Virus record (IMG/VR): IMGVR_UViG_3300032770_000001
Span: 62,001 to 126,000 of that record
Length of the DNA stretch: 64,000 nt
Reading direction: 5' to 3' (one strand)
Under the pieces are notes generated by a model. That model was not told the DNA's origin and made no database searches. It saw only the letters and a list, made by a program, of their open reading frames with translations. This document shows positions 21,174-29,242 of the stretch, piece after piece; position 1 is the stretch's first letter; the number at the start of each line of letters is the position of its first letter. The translations under genes and the position numbers were made by a program.

Positions 21174-21952
21174 TCGTTGAAGGCGATGGGCTCTGGGATG
21201 GTGAGCGGTTACGCAACGTCGGCGACGTGTCGGCGTTAGCACACTTGTTCTTTCCATTCTGGTGTTCACTAGGAAACAACTTCGCCCGTCTTGAACTGGA
21301 TTGGAGACTTTTTGCCGAACACGCCAAGAACCGTTTCGGCAAACTGGCTCCGTCCATTCAGGACATCAAAGAACAGTTCCGGCTTTACGAAGAGAACTAC
21401 CTGATTCTCACCTATGAATCCAACGGCAAGCTGTGGGGTCAGTGGGATGTCAAGATCAAGAATCTTCGACGCCACAAAACCGTAAAAGACAACGACAGTC
21501 CCCGCCCTCCCGAACCACGGTACACCGAGTGGTTGAAGAAGTACCACCCGGACAACTGGCAGGAGCACCACTCGTTTTTCGATGACGATAGCATCTCCGC
21601 TAAGCGGTCCGTAGCCGGAGCTAAGGGTGCTGCTGTGACTAACGCAAAGCGGCAAAAGTCGGCAAAAACAATTTTTGCTGAATTTGCCGAGCGGCAAAAC
21701 GGTTTGCCGCGTTTGCCGAATTTGCCGAAAAATGAACACCCCTCCGAGGATGGTTTGCCGAAGGGTAAAGTCGTTGATTCCATTGGTCAAAGTCGGCAAA
21801 TGGCGGCAACGGTCGGCAACGGTCAGCAAAACGTGCGTGGTATTGGTGTTGGCAGTGGCAATACTTTAGAAGAAGAGGAAGACTCCTCTCTCTTTACCAC
21901 CGAACCGAATTCCAAAGAAGTTGACCTCGAAGGTGTTGATCTGGATTTGTAA
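21170..21952 (+). CDS. Putative replication initiator protein
   Basis: Follows the helicase; contains a clustered iteron-like DNA repeat as in lambda O-type genes. Confidence 0.55.
   Translation: MIVEGDGLWDGERLRNVGDVSALAHLFFPFWCSLGNNFARLELDWRLFAEHAKNRFGKLAPSIQDIKEQFRLYEENYLILTYESNGKLWGQWDVKIKNLRRHKTVKDNDSPRPPEPRYTEWLKKYHPDNWQEHHSFFDDDSISAKRSVAGAKGAAVTNAKRQKSAKTIFAEFAERQNGLPRLPNLPKNEHPSEDGLPKGKVVDSIGQSRQMAATVGNGQQNVRGIGVGSGNTLEEEEDSSLFTTEPNSKEVDLEGVDLDL
21650..21830. repeat. About 13 copies of TTTGCCG/CGGCAAA-like heptamers in both orientations (candidate iterons)
   Basis: CGGCAAA at 21650, 21660, 21692, 21794; CGGCAAC at 21804, 21814; CAGCAAA at 21824; TTTGCTG at 21674; TTTGCCG at 21683, 21703, 21712, 21721, 21754. 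Confidence 0.75.
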
Positions 21953-22770
21953 TGATCTCTGAACAAGACATCCAATCCCTCTGTTCCTACCTGTCTCAGG
22001 AAAGCGGCACTCCTGTCCAAGAAGATTGGGCTGAGCACGCAAAGCGTGCATTCCGTGCCATGCCCTACAAGGACGAGAACAAAACTCTGGCTCTTCATCT
22101 GAAATGTGTCTGGTGGATATTCAACACCGACACTTCCACTCCCGGTAAGTTCAAAGGTTGGGGTGCGGTGACACACAACATGAAGAACTATGCTGATTGG
22201 TTGGAGAAAGGTGCCCTCAAGCGTCAGTTTTTGGAGTACATGAAGGCCAAAGCCATTGCCAAGAAAAGTGCGCCTCAGGTTGTCGCCGAGAAAGCCAAAA
22301 TTTCTGATCTCATCAAGACCGACGCTGTCGGGCCTTTTCAGTTCGCGATGCAATGGAACAAGTGCACTGAGAAGTGGACGGCGAATGATTTTCGTCGTGC
22401 CATCCTGTACCGCTCTTACGTTGAGAACAACCCGTGGTGGAGAACCAAGATTGTTGAATCCGAGATTCTCGCTCGCGCCGATGAATTTTGTGCGATACCG
22501 ATCACGTGGAGCCTTGCCTACGACGGTATTGGATATTATGGGTGCCGGAAGTGCTTCGGAACTAATCAGCGCAGAGTTTACGAAAACGATAGAGTGGTGG
22601 GTTTTGCGGATTGCGTGTGCGTTCGCTTCGTTCCAAGATTGCCTTTCATCACTACTCTCGTCGGTGAGTACAACGATTCAAACCCAAATAGCGGCAAAGG
22701 TCAGCAAAAACGCAAATTGCTGTACGAGGCTCTCTCGCAGTATTTCATCGAGGACTCATTTTTCCAGTAA
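21952..22770 (+). CDS. Hypothetical replication-associated protein with Zn site
   Basis: CRKC...CVC; translationally coupled to the putative initiator. Confidence 0.5.
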   Translation: MISEQDIQSLCSYLSQESGTPVQEDWAEHAKRAFRAMPYKDENKTLALHLKCVWWIFNTDTSTPGKFKGWGAVTHNMKNYADWLEKGALKRQFLEYMKAKAIAKKSAPQVVAEKAKISDLIKTDAVGPFQFAMQWNKCTEKWTANDFRRAILYRSYVENNPWWRTKIVESEILARADEFCAIPITWSLAYDGIGYYGCRKCFGTNQRRVYENDRVVGFADCVCVRFVPRLPFITTLVGEYNDSNPNSGKGQQKRKLLYEALSQYFIEDSFFQ

Positions 22771-22935
22771 CACTGCTATTTTGAAAAACGCCTGCCTCGG
22801 ATTTTTCCAGTACCACTGCCATTTTCAGAATTCTTATGTTAATCGCATGTGAAAAATTTCTACCAATCTCGAACACAATAGTGTCGAGTAAACCGCACGA
22901 CTCATTCATTTTTCTTCCACAGAGGGAACGTTCGC

Positions 22936-24849
22936 ATGTCACGCAAGCTGTCTTCTTATCAGACGTACATAGCCAAATCACGCTATGCTCGTTGGCTTCC
23001 AGAGCAAAATCGCAGAGAAAATTGGGACGAAACAGTCCATCGCTATATTGAATTTTTTACCCCACGCATCCCCGAACCTGATCGTGAAGCGACCGCCGCA
23101 GAGCTAGAAGAAGCCATCGCCGGAATGGATGTAATGCCGTCGATGCGTGCGCTCACCACCGCTGGTCGAGCCTTACAGAAAGACAACTGCGCTGGCTATA
23201 ATTGCTCCTACATCGCAGTTGATGATCCGAGAGCATTTGACGAAGCCATGTACATTTCGATGTGCGGCACTGGCGTCGGCTTCTCGGTTGAACGTCAGTA
23301 CGTCAACAAGCTGCCCGAAGTCCCGGAGAATCTTTTTCCGACTGAAACGGTCATCAAAGTTCGCGATTCGAAGATCGGTTGGGCGACAGGCTTTCGCCAA
23401 CTCATCACCTTGCTTTACGAGGGTCTGATTCCCAAATGGGATTTGTCTTCGGTTCGTCCCGCAGGTTCGATCCTGAAAACTTTCGGCGGTCGTGCTTCCG
23501 GCCCTGACCCATTGGATCGCCTGTTCAAGTTTACTGTTCGTTTGTTCGATGGTGCCAAGGGTCGTCGCTTGAATTCTATTGAGTGTCACGACCTGATGTG
23601 CATGATCGCCGACATCGTGGTTAGCGGCGGCGTGCGCCGTTCAGCAATGATTTCGCTTTCCAACTTGTCTGATGATCGTATGCGTCACGCGAAGAACGGA
23701 CAGTGGTGGAATGAGTTTGAGCACCGCCGTCTGGCGAATAACTCAGTCGCTTACACCGAGAAGCCAGACGTTGAGATTTTCATGAAAGAGTTTCTCACCC
23801 TGATCGAATCCAAGGCTGGCGAGCGTGGCATCTTCAATCGTGCTGGAGCCATCAAGCATGTTGCCAAGATCGGTCGCCGTGCTGTCGCCGATGAAAAAGG
23901 CGATCAGTACGCCTTTGGTCTCAATCCCTGCGCTGAGATCATCCTACGTCCCAAAGGTTTTTGTAACCTTACGGAAGTAGTCATTCGTCCGGAAGACACG
24001 ATCAGTTCACTCAAGAAGAAAATTCGCTGCGCTACCATCCTTGGCTGCCTTCAGTCCACGTTGACTGATTTCCGCTACCTACGCAAGGAATGGCAGAAGA
24101 ACGCCGAGGAGGAGCGGCTGCTTGGCGTCTCCCTGACCGGGATTATGGACAATCGCATGATGTCCACTAACGGTCCGGAGTTGGCGAGACTTCTTGACGA
24201 GCTTCGTGAATATGCCATTGAAGTTGCAAAGGAATGGGCAGGCAAGCTCGGTATTAACGTACCAGCGGCTATCACCTGCATCAAGCCGTCCGGCACAGTG
24301 TCGCAGCTTGTGGATTGCTCACCCGGCATCCATACGCGCTATGCTCGCTGGATTTGGCGTGCCGTGCGCGAAGACCGTAAGAATCCGGTCGGTGCGCTAT
24401 TGAAAGCGATGGGGGTCTACTGTGAACCTGAATCATCTAAACCAAACGACGTGGATGTCTTCTACTTTCCACTGGAGTCCCCGGTCGAGTCGGTTTGTCG
24501 CAACGACCTCAACGCCATTCAGCAGTTGGAATTGTACCTCACGTACAAGCAACACTGGACTGAGCATAATCCCTCCTGTACCGTTTACGTTAAGCAAAAC
24601 GAATGGCTTGACGTTTGCGCATGGGTGTACCGCAACTTTGACTTCATCGGTGGGGTGAGCTTCCTGCCACACAGCGACCACATTTACAAGCAAGCTCCGT
24701 ACACAGAGATCGACGAAAAGCAGTATTTGTCATATAGAGACAAGCAGCCGGAGATCGATTGGGCCCGCTTGCCTGAATTCGAAAAGGAAGACATGACCAC
24801 GTCAGCCAAAGAGCTTGCCTGTTCTGCGGGGGTCTGTGAGATTGTCTAA
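22936..24849 (+). CDS. nrdJ: Class II (adenosylcobalamin) ribonucleotide reductase
   Basis: MPSMR, YNCSY, GGVRRSA, NPCAEI, TCIKPSGTVSQL motifs and C-terminal CSAGVC. Confidence 0.92.
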   Translation: MSRKLSSYQTYIAKSRYARWLPEQNRRENWDETVHRYIEFFTPRIPEPDREATAAELEEAIAGMDVMPSMRALTTAGRALQKDNCAGYNCSYIAVDDPRAFDEAMYISMCGTGVGFSVERQYVNKLPEVPENLFPTETVIKVRDSKIGWATGFRQLITLLYEGLIPKWDLSSVRPAGSILKTFGGRASGPDPLDRLFKFTVRLFDGAKGRRLNSIECHDLMCMIADIVVSGGVRRSAMISLSNLSDDRMRHAKNGQWWNEFEHRRLANNSVAYTEKPDVEIFMKEFLTLIESKAGERGIFNRAGAIKHVAKIGRRAVADEKGDQYAFGLNPCAEIILRPKGFCNLTEVVIRPEDTISSLKKKIRCATILGCLQSTLTDFRYLRKEWQKNAEEERLLGVSLTGIMDNRMMSTNGPELARLLDELREYAIEVAKEWAGKLGINVPAAITCIKPSGTVSQLVDCSPGIHTRYARWIWRAVREDRKNPVGALLKAMGVYCEPESSKPNDVDVFYFPLESPVESVCRNDLNAIQQLELYLTYKQHWTEHNPSCTVYVKQNEWLDVCAWVYRNFDFIGGVSFLPHSDHIYKQAPYTEIDEKQYLSYRDKQPEIDWARLPEFEKEDMTTSAKELACSAGVCEIV

Positions 24850-24861
24850 TGGTGTTCTCTA

Positions 24862-25152
24862 ATGGCAGAAATTCGCTTAACGTTTAAGATCACGCTGACC
24901 AACGGCGAGGAAACTGAGCAAACGATTTCGGTTCCCGCAACCAACGATGCGCCGTTTGAACAACAGGTGATTTTCTGGATGAACAAGGCGCTGTCGCAGT
25001 ACGCTCAGGTGGGTCTGCTTCGTCAGACGGACAAGGACAAATTCCTGCTCCTATGCCCCAGCCAGATTGCATTCGTCGAGTGTCAACTACCTAGCATTGT
25101 GCTCGCCGGGGCTGGTGATGTTCCGGCAACCCCCAAGGTGACCCTTGATTAA
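24862..25152 (+). CDS. Hypothetical protein
   Basis: 96-aa ORF after nrdJ. Confidence 0.6.
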   Translation: MAEIRLTFKITLTNGEETEQTISVPATNDAPFEQQVIFWMNKALSQYAQVGLLRQTDKDKFLLLCPSQIAFVECQLPSIVLAGAGDVPATPKVTLD

Positions 25153-25324
25153 GCCACAGGGATTGAGCCTCGAATGGGTTCTGTGGCTGGTCGTTTTCAT
25201 CGGCGCGTATTACGCGATCCGTCCGGCTCCCGCCGCGTCGAAACCGTATCATCCTGATCCGGCAGCCGCATGGTGTGACGCTCCCCCAGTCGATGGGGCG
25301 GGCGCTCCGGCTGCATGTAATTGA
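25145..25324 (+). CDS. Small membrane protein
   Basis: TTG-start 59-aa ORF, MIKPQGLSLEWVLWLVVFIGAYYAI... Confidence 0.4.
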   Translation: MIKPQGLSLEWVLWLVVFIGAYYAIRPAPAASKPYHPDPAAAWCDAPPVDGAGAPAACN

Positions 25325-25341
25325 TTCTACAGCCGAAAATA

Positions 25342-25372
25342 CTATCCAAACTACGGGTTTCACTGGTAGAAT
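25342..25372 (+). promoter_or_regulatory. CTA(C/T)C-N20-TAGAAT promoter, probably leaderless
   Basis: CTATC at 25342, CTGGTAGAAT at 25363, ATG 6 nt after the hexamer. Confidence 0.55.
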
Positions 25373-25378
25373 AGAGAT

Positions 25379-26350
25379 ATGAACACACCAGTCATCGATG
25401 CCCTGCTTGCCAGCAACGCTGAAGGTAGCTCCCATTTCACCAAAAAGGATGCCTTTAACCAGCGGATGATTAACAACTTGCACGAGGCAGTTAAGGGTTT
25501 CGAGGGTGCGGTAGCCGCCAAGAAGATTTTCAACACCGAGTACAAGGACGGCTATTCGAGCATCAGCCGTGCGGTCGAGGAAGCGTTCGATGTTCAGAGT
25601 CAAGGTATCGCCGGGGATTTCCGTGCAGTGAGCCAAGGCTGGAATCGAGATAGCGACCCACGCATGTATCTCTGGTATCACCCCTCTTTCGCCAATGTCG
25701 GCGGGGCACTTAAGAAACTCCAGAAGTTCGAGGGCAAGGACAAGCTGGTCGATGCGTTCCTTCCGGTCCTGAAAGAAGCGGTTGCCCTGCTCGATCTCTG
25801 TAAGTCCGCGAAGCCTTTTATTGTCAAAGGTCGCAAGCCGAATCCGAACTATGTGCCGCCTGACATGACCAACACCGGGCACTGCGCGATCTGTGGCAAG
25901 CAACAGAAGTTGACCCCGGCTCAGAAGATGGTCGATCATGGATTTCAGATCAGCAACGGCGTGCACTACTTCGGTGCGCGTGTCGGCCACTGTTTCGGCG
26001 TCGGCTATGCTCCGTATCAGTTGTCGAACGAGGCCAACATCGCATTCAAGGCGTATCTGGAAAAGATGCTCAAGCAGACGCAGAAGAATCTGGCTGAGTT
26101 GAAGTCCGGCACAATCACCAAAGTCAACAGCACGAAGCGCGTGAAGGACGGGTTTAGCTGGAAAGACGAGCCCGTGGTTTATGTCAAGGGCAAAGATGAG
26201 CCCTTTTTCCAGCGTGAATTGGACTCTATGATTGACCGCGCCGAGTGGCAGGAAGATACCATCAAGTCTGATATCAAGCACAACGACGAAAAAATTGCGA
26301 ATTGGACACAGAAGCCACTTCCAGAGGGGCAGGTTCTCGGTATATTCTAG
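25379..26350 (+). CDS. Hypothetical phage protein
   Basis: 323 aa with GHCAICG...HGF...CFG Zn-like motif. Confidence 0.7.
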   Translation: MNTPVIDALLASNAEGSSHFTKKDAFNQRMINNLHEAVKGFEGAVAAKKIFNTEYKDGYSSISRAVEEAFDVQSQGIAGDFRAVSQGWNRDSDPRMYLWYHPSFANVGGALKKLQKFEGKDKLVDAFLPVLKEAVALLDLCKSAKPFIVKGRKPNPNYVPPDMTNTGHCAICGKQQKLTPAQKMVDHGFQISNGVHYFGARVGHCFGVGYAPYQLSNEANIAFKAYLEKMLKQTQKNLAELKSGTITKVNSTKRVKDGFSWKDEPVVYVKGKDEPFFQRELDSMIDRAEWQEDTIKSDIKHNDEKIANWTQKPLPEGQVLGIF

Positions 26351-26353
26351 GGT

Positions 26354-26983
26354 ATGGCATCTGCGGCAGTCGCCCCGGCGCGATTATATCGGGCTCTTAA
26401 CGATAAGGAACTCTCGCGGCGGTTCGCTAGCCGCCCTCTCCGTGCTTTGTTCGACGAAGCATACCACCGTCATCGCGATCAGATTTATCACGTCTGTTAC
26501 AGCTTCGTGCGCAATCAGGACGATGCCGAGGACATGGTCAGCCAGACCTTCCTGAAAGCGTGGAAGGGGCGCAAGGGTTTTCGAGCCGACGCCAAGTTCT
26601 CTACGTGGCTTCATCGAATCGCTGTCAACGAGTGTTTGATGTTCATTCGCAGCAAAAGCGCATTCGGCCACGATGCCCCCACGATCTCGCTGGACGCCGC
26701 AGTACCGAACACTGCCGGGGACGACTTCGTCAAGCCCGATGTTCCTCTCGATCCGCGCACGCTCGACCGCATGGTGGATCACCAGCAGCTACAGCGTGCT
26801 CTGCTCCGGCTGAGTGATGGTCAGCGGGAAGTGTTCGATCTGTATTTCTACAAGCAGCACACCATCGAAGAAATCCAGAAGAAATTAAAGCTGAGTGAGC
26901 CAGCGGTAAAGTCCCGCATTTTCCATGGGCGGCAGAAAGTCCTCCGGGCATTCGGTCGGCTGGATACAGCCGAGATGACCTAA
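26354..26983 (+). CDS. ECF-family RNA polymerase sigma factor
   Basis: Region 2 DAEDMVSQTFLKAW...FSTWLHRIAVNEC; region 4 LSDGQREVF...EIQKKLKLSEPAVKSRIFHGR. Confidence 0.9.
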   Translation: MASAAVAPARLYRALNDKELSRRFASRPLRALFDEAYHRHRDQIYHVCYSFVRNQDDAEDMVSQTFLKAWKGRKGFRADAKFSTWLHRIAVNECLMFIRSKSAFGHDAPTISLDAAVPNTAGDDFVKPDVPLDPRTLDRMVDHQQLQRALLRLSDGQREVFDLYFYKQHTIEEIQKKLKLSEPAVKSRIFHGRQKVLRAFGRLDTAEMT

Positions 26984-27009
26984 GTAACCCCAAAATAATT
27001 TTCAAAATC

Positions 27010-27040
27010 CTACCCTTTTCCCCGACCCGGCTGGTAGAAT
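27010..27040 (+). promoter_or_regulatory. CTACC-N20-TAGAAT promoter at the head of the RNA island
   Basis: CTACCCTTTT at 27010, CTGGTAGAAT at 27031. Confidence 0.6.
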
Positions 27041-27316
27041 GTGAGTGTAAAGGGACACCACGTTACGGGACGCAACGAGAGCCCGAACACGTAACTGGAG
27101 GTTGCTGCGCTTCCAGCGAATTGCCCGAACAGTTAGCGGCGTAACCATCTGCGGGGTGAACAGTATGAGAAACTAATTGCGGTGACCCATAACTGATTCG
27201 AACCAAGAAAAAATTATAGAAATTTCGCTCATGGGCTACGGCCCCGGAAACTACATCAACGGCTCCACCCCTTTCGAGTTGAAAATATCCTAGTCAGGGC
27301 TGGAGCCCCAATTTTT

Positions 27317-27433
27317 CGGCGGGAGCAACGAACGAGGTTCAAGACCTCGATCTTGCGTCTATGACGCGGGGTAGCTTGAATGGGTAGCTTCGGCGGCTGC
27401 GCTGATGCATCAGCGTTGTCCGTGCCCCCTCCG
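27317..27433 (+). ncRNA. Unassigned structured RNA
   Basis: Ends pair (CGGCGGGAGCA...TGCCCCCTCCG); internal arms TTCAAG/CTTGAA, GCGTC-tat-GACGC and CGCTGATGCATCAGCG. Confidence 0.35.
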
Positions 27434-27442
27434 CTTTATCTT

Positions 27443-27652
27443 ATGCACAAAATTCTCCACATCATCGAAGTCTGGTTCTCGGTGGCCGCGCTCTGGATAG
27501 TGTTCAAGGCATGGGCTGGTGGTTGTTTCGAGACGGGGCTGGAAGGCTGGCTTCTGCCGTGGGGCAAACCGAATCCCGGATGGGATGCGCCGACCGAGGA
27601 TGAGATGGAAGCTATGGGGTATGACCGATGGATTATCGAGTTGAAGTTTTAG
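27443..27652 (+). CDS. Small membrane protein
   Basis: MHKILHIIEVWFSVAALWIVFKAWAGG... Confidence 0.45.
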   Translation: MHKILHIIEVWFSVAALWIVFKAWAGGCFETGLEGWLLPWGKPNPGWDAPTEDEMEAMGYDRWIIELKF

Positions 27653-27783
27653 TTGACAACGTGGTGGTGAAGTGCAAGACTGATATTGCGCCGGGTAAGA
27701 TGCCGATAGAGGTCAAGAACCTCTCGCTGTGGGCGCAGTCGAACCGCTACTTGGCGTTCGACATCAAGGTAACAAAGGTTTAG
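27628..27783 (+). CDS. Small hypothetical protein
   Basis: 51 aa, MDYRVEVLVDNVVVKCKTDIAPGK... Confidence 0.4.
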   Translation: MDYRVEVLVDNVVVKCKTDIAPGKMPIEVKNLSLWAQSNRYLAFDIKVTKV

Positions 27784-27807
27784 CCAGCCGGGGCTGGCGT
27801 TTGAGGT

Positions 27808-27926
27808 TGGGGCGGTTCTATTTGCTGAATGAAGTGCCAACCGGGGAGACCCGGACTGAACGATAGATGGAACCACCATCATGATTGTTTTTGGGACTTT
27901 GTTGCAGGTGGTGTGCACCCGCCCCA
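27808..27926 (+). ncRNA. Unassigned structured RNA
   Basis: TGGGGCGG/CCGCCCCA closing stem; CCGGG-GAGA-CCCGG; ACCACC/GGTGGT. Confidence 0.35.
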
Positions 27927-27931
27927 CATTA

Positions 27932-28059
27932 TGCCGTGTCGTCTAGCTTGGTTAGGACGCTCACTGGAGCGAGGCTTCTGCGAAAAGGGCTATCGCTCAG
28001 TCCGAAGTAGTGGAGGTCTGGTGAGTGGACTTGGGTTCAAATCCTAAGCACGGCACCCA
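27932..28059 (+). ncRNA. tRNA-like RNA with a 56-nt branched insert in place of the anticodon loop
   Basis: Acceptor TGCCGTG/CACGGCA plus CCA, D-arm, CTCAC/GTGAG stem, T-loop TTCAAAT. Confidence 0.65.
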
Positions 28060-28162
28060 ATTTCTTAACTACGGTATTAGATAGTGTAAGCCCGGATGTG
28101 ACCGCTGCTCTGCATGTTCTCCGGGCGCTAGGAAAGCTGCCCGGTGGTGTCAGGCCGGGTCA

Positions 28163-28238
28163 GGGCGTGTAGTTCAGTTGGGAGAGCGGTTGCTTTGCAA
28201 GCAACAGGTCATCGGTTCGATCCCGTTCACGTCCACCA
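28163..28238 (+). tRNA. tRNA-Ala(TGC)
   Basis: Cloverleaf, G3:U70, encoded CCA. Confidence 0.95.
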
Positions 28239-28246
28239 AGTTTAGA

Positions 28247-28388
28247 TCGGAGCCGTCATCGAAGATCGGGATGCAGGTGGTTCGAATCCCCGGACGGCGA
28301 TAATCACGCGGAGCGGGTTGAGCCGGGTGAACAACAGGCATGGTGCTGAAATCTACCGGGTTCGATGTCCCGGCTGTTGTGCCGATCA
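28247..28388 (+). ncRNA. Unassigned RNA with two T-loop-like modules
   Basis: GATCGG/CCGATC closure; GGTTCGAATCC inside GCCGTC/GACGGC; CCGGG-TTCGATGT-CCCGG inside ACAACAG/CTGTTGT. Confidence 0.5.
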
Positions 28389-28390
28389 AT

Positions 28391-28564
28391 TTTGAAGCGG
28401 TGACCGTAGTGGGAACGGGTGCGAGGGAAATTCTGCACCAGTCGAAAGACCGTGGAGTGGAGTGAATCTGGTTTGTTCCTGTAGGATTGGGCAACCCTTC
28501 CGGGATTAGGGCAAGCTGGTGACACCAGAAACGCTACCGAAGTACCAGCAGGAATCGCTTCAAA
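28391..28564 (+). ncRNA. Unassigned multi-branched structured RNA (about 175 nt)
   Basis: TTTGAAGCGGT/ATCGCTTCAAA closure; GGGAAC/GTTCCT, GTGC/GCAC, GTC-GAAA-GAC and CTGGTGACACCAG elements. Confidence 0.5.
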
Positions 28565-28570
28565 TTTTTC

Positions 28571-28897
28571 GTGCAGGGTAAACCGCCGTATACGACCAAG
28601 GCTCATTTGAGACGCGGGATAGCGGTTATTGGCAAGGGAGAGCCGGAGAATCGGAACCCGTTTGGAGCCTACTGCACGACTCTTTTTATGCAGACGCCGA
28701 AACTGGTTTACGACTTCATCCGCAGCCGGGTGTACATCGCGACTCGATACACCGAGGACGCAATCGGGCGGATCAAGGTGCTGGAGAAGCACGACGTGAC
28801 CGAGGACTTCGATGGTATTGCGGTCCGGCGCGGATTCTGGGAAGAGACCGAGGTCGGGCAGCAAACCAGAGAGAAATTTGCAGCAGCCGAAAAATAA
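28571..28897 (+). CDS. Hypothetical protein
   Basis: 108-aa ORF filling the gap before the attenuator promoter. Confidence 0.5.
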   Translation: MQGKPPYTTKAHLRRGIAVIGKGEPENRNPFGAYCTTLFMQTPKLVYDFIRSRVYIATRYTEDAIGRIKVLEKHDVTEDFDGIAVRRGFWEETEVGQQTREKFAAAEK

Positions 28898-28900
28898 TTG

Positions 28901-28929
28901 TTGTAAGTTTTCCGAATATCTGGTACTAT
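28901..28929 (+). promoter_or_regulatory. Sigma70-type promoter of the tRNA operon
   Basis: TTGTAA-N17-TACTAT with an extended -10 TG. Confidence 0.75.
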
Positions 28930-28959
28930 GTATTAGACAGTGAATTTCCGAGAGGCATT

Positions 28960-29091
28960 ATGAACTTCAACTTCACCAACGCGGGATGGCAGACGGGCGC
29001 TGTAGGCGCGGTCGCCGCCGTGTGTGAAGCTGAAGGTATTGTCGCCGCAGGAGCGGCGGATAGCGTGCCCTCGGAGGGTTGGGATGATTAA
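28960..29091 (+). CDS. Attenuator leader peptide (43 aa, GNN-codon rich)
   Basis: GAGG RBS; MNFNFTNAGWQTGAVGAVAAVCEAEGIVAAGAADSVPSEGWDD; 27 of 43 codons are GNN. Confidence 0.75.
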   Translation: MNFNFTNAGWQTGAVGAVAAVCEAEGIVAAGAADSVPSEGWDD

Positions 29092-29120
29092 GTAACTCCC
29101 AATCAGAGACTTCCGAGGGC
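29067..29120 (+). promoter_or_regulatory. Antiterminator hairpin (2:3)
   Basis: GCCCTCGGAGG pairs with CTTCCGAGGGC; inner GTTGGGA/TCCCAAT; overlaps the terminator 5' arm. Confidence 0.75.
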
Positions 29121-29148
29121 GACCTGAAAAGGTCGCCTTTAGTTTTTT
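29115..29148 (+). terminator. Intrinsic terminator (3:4) of the attenuator
   Basis: GAGGGCGACCT-GAAA-AGGTCGCCTTT followed by AGTTTTTT. Confidence 0.85.
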
Positions 29149-29159
29149 GCAGTAGATGT

Positions 29160-29239
29160 TGCCCGGTGGAGTGAGTGGCCGAAACCCCTTCTCTTACAAA
29201 GAAGGCTTACCGCTGGTTCGAATCCAGTCCGGGCAACCA
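29160..29239 (+). tRNA. tRNA-Val(TAC), atypical body
   Basis: TGCCCGG/CCGGGCA acceptor, loop CT-TAC-AA, T-loop TTCGAAT, CCA. Confidence 0.85.
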
Positions 29240-29242
29240 GAT

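Noticed and set aside
19548-24849. Inteins or introns in the helicase or nrdJ
   Set aside because: Lengths and motif spacing are normal; no splice-junction motifs were seen.
25091-26281. Long antisense ORFs (also 15578-16651, 54303-55085, 62847-63698 and others)
   Set aside because: They are shadows of well-supported genes on the opposite strand, with no motifs or RBS.
27824-27870. Hammerhead ribozyme (CTGAATGA...GAAC)
   Set aside because: The core deviates from CUGANGA/GAAA and no stem I/III with a cleavage triplet is evident.
28091-28160. SRP (4.5S) RNA
   Set aside because: Long hairpin with an AGGAA loop, but it lacks the conserved CAGG/AGCA internal loop.
28391-28564. Cobalamin riboswitch or 6S RNA
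   Set aside because: No B12-box consensus and not upstream of nrdJ; the fold is branched rather than a rod with a central bubble.
27040-28570. tmRNA
   Set aside because: No Ala-type acceptor/T-arm pair enclosing a tag reading frame could be identified.
28935-29150. T-box riboswitch as the regulator of the tRNA operon
   Set aside because: No T-box bulge consensus (TGGNACC) or stem I motifs; an RBS-led ORF overlapping the antiterminator fits ribosome-mediated attenuation better.
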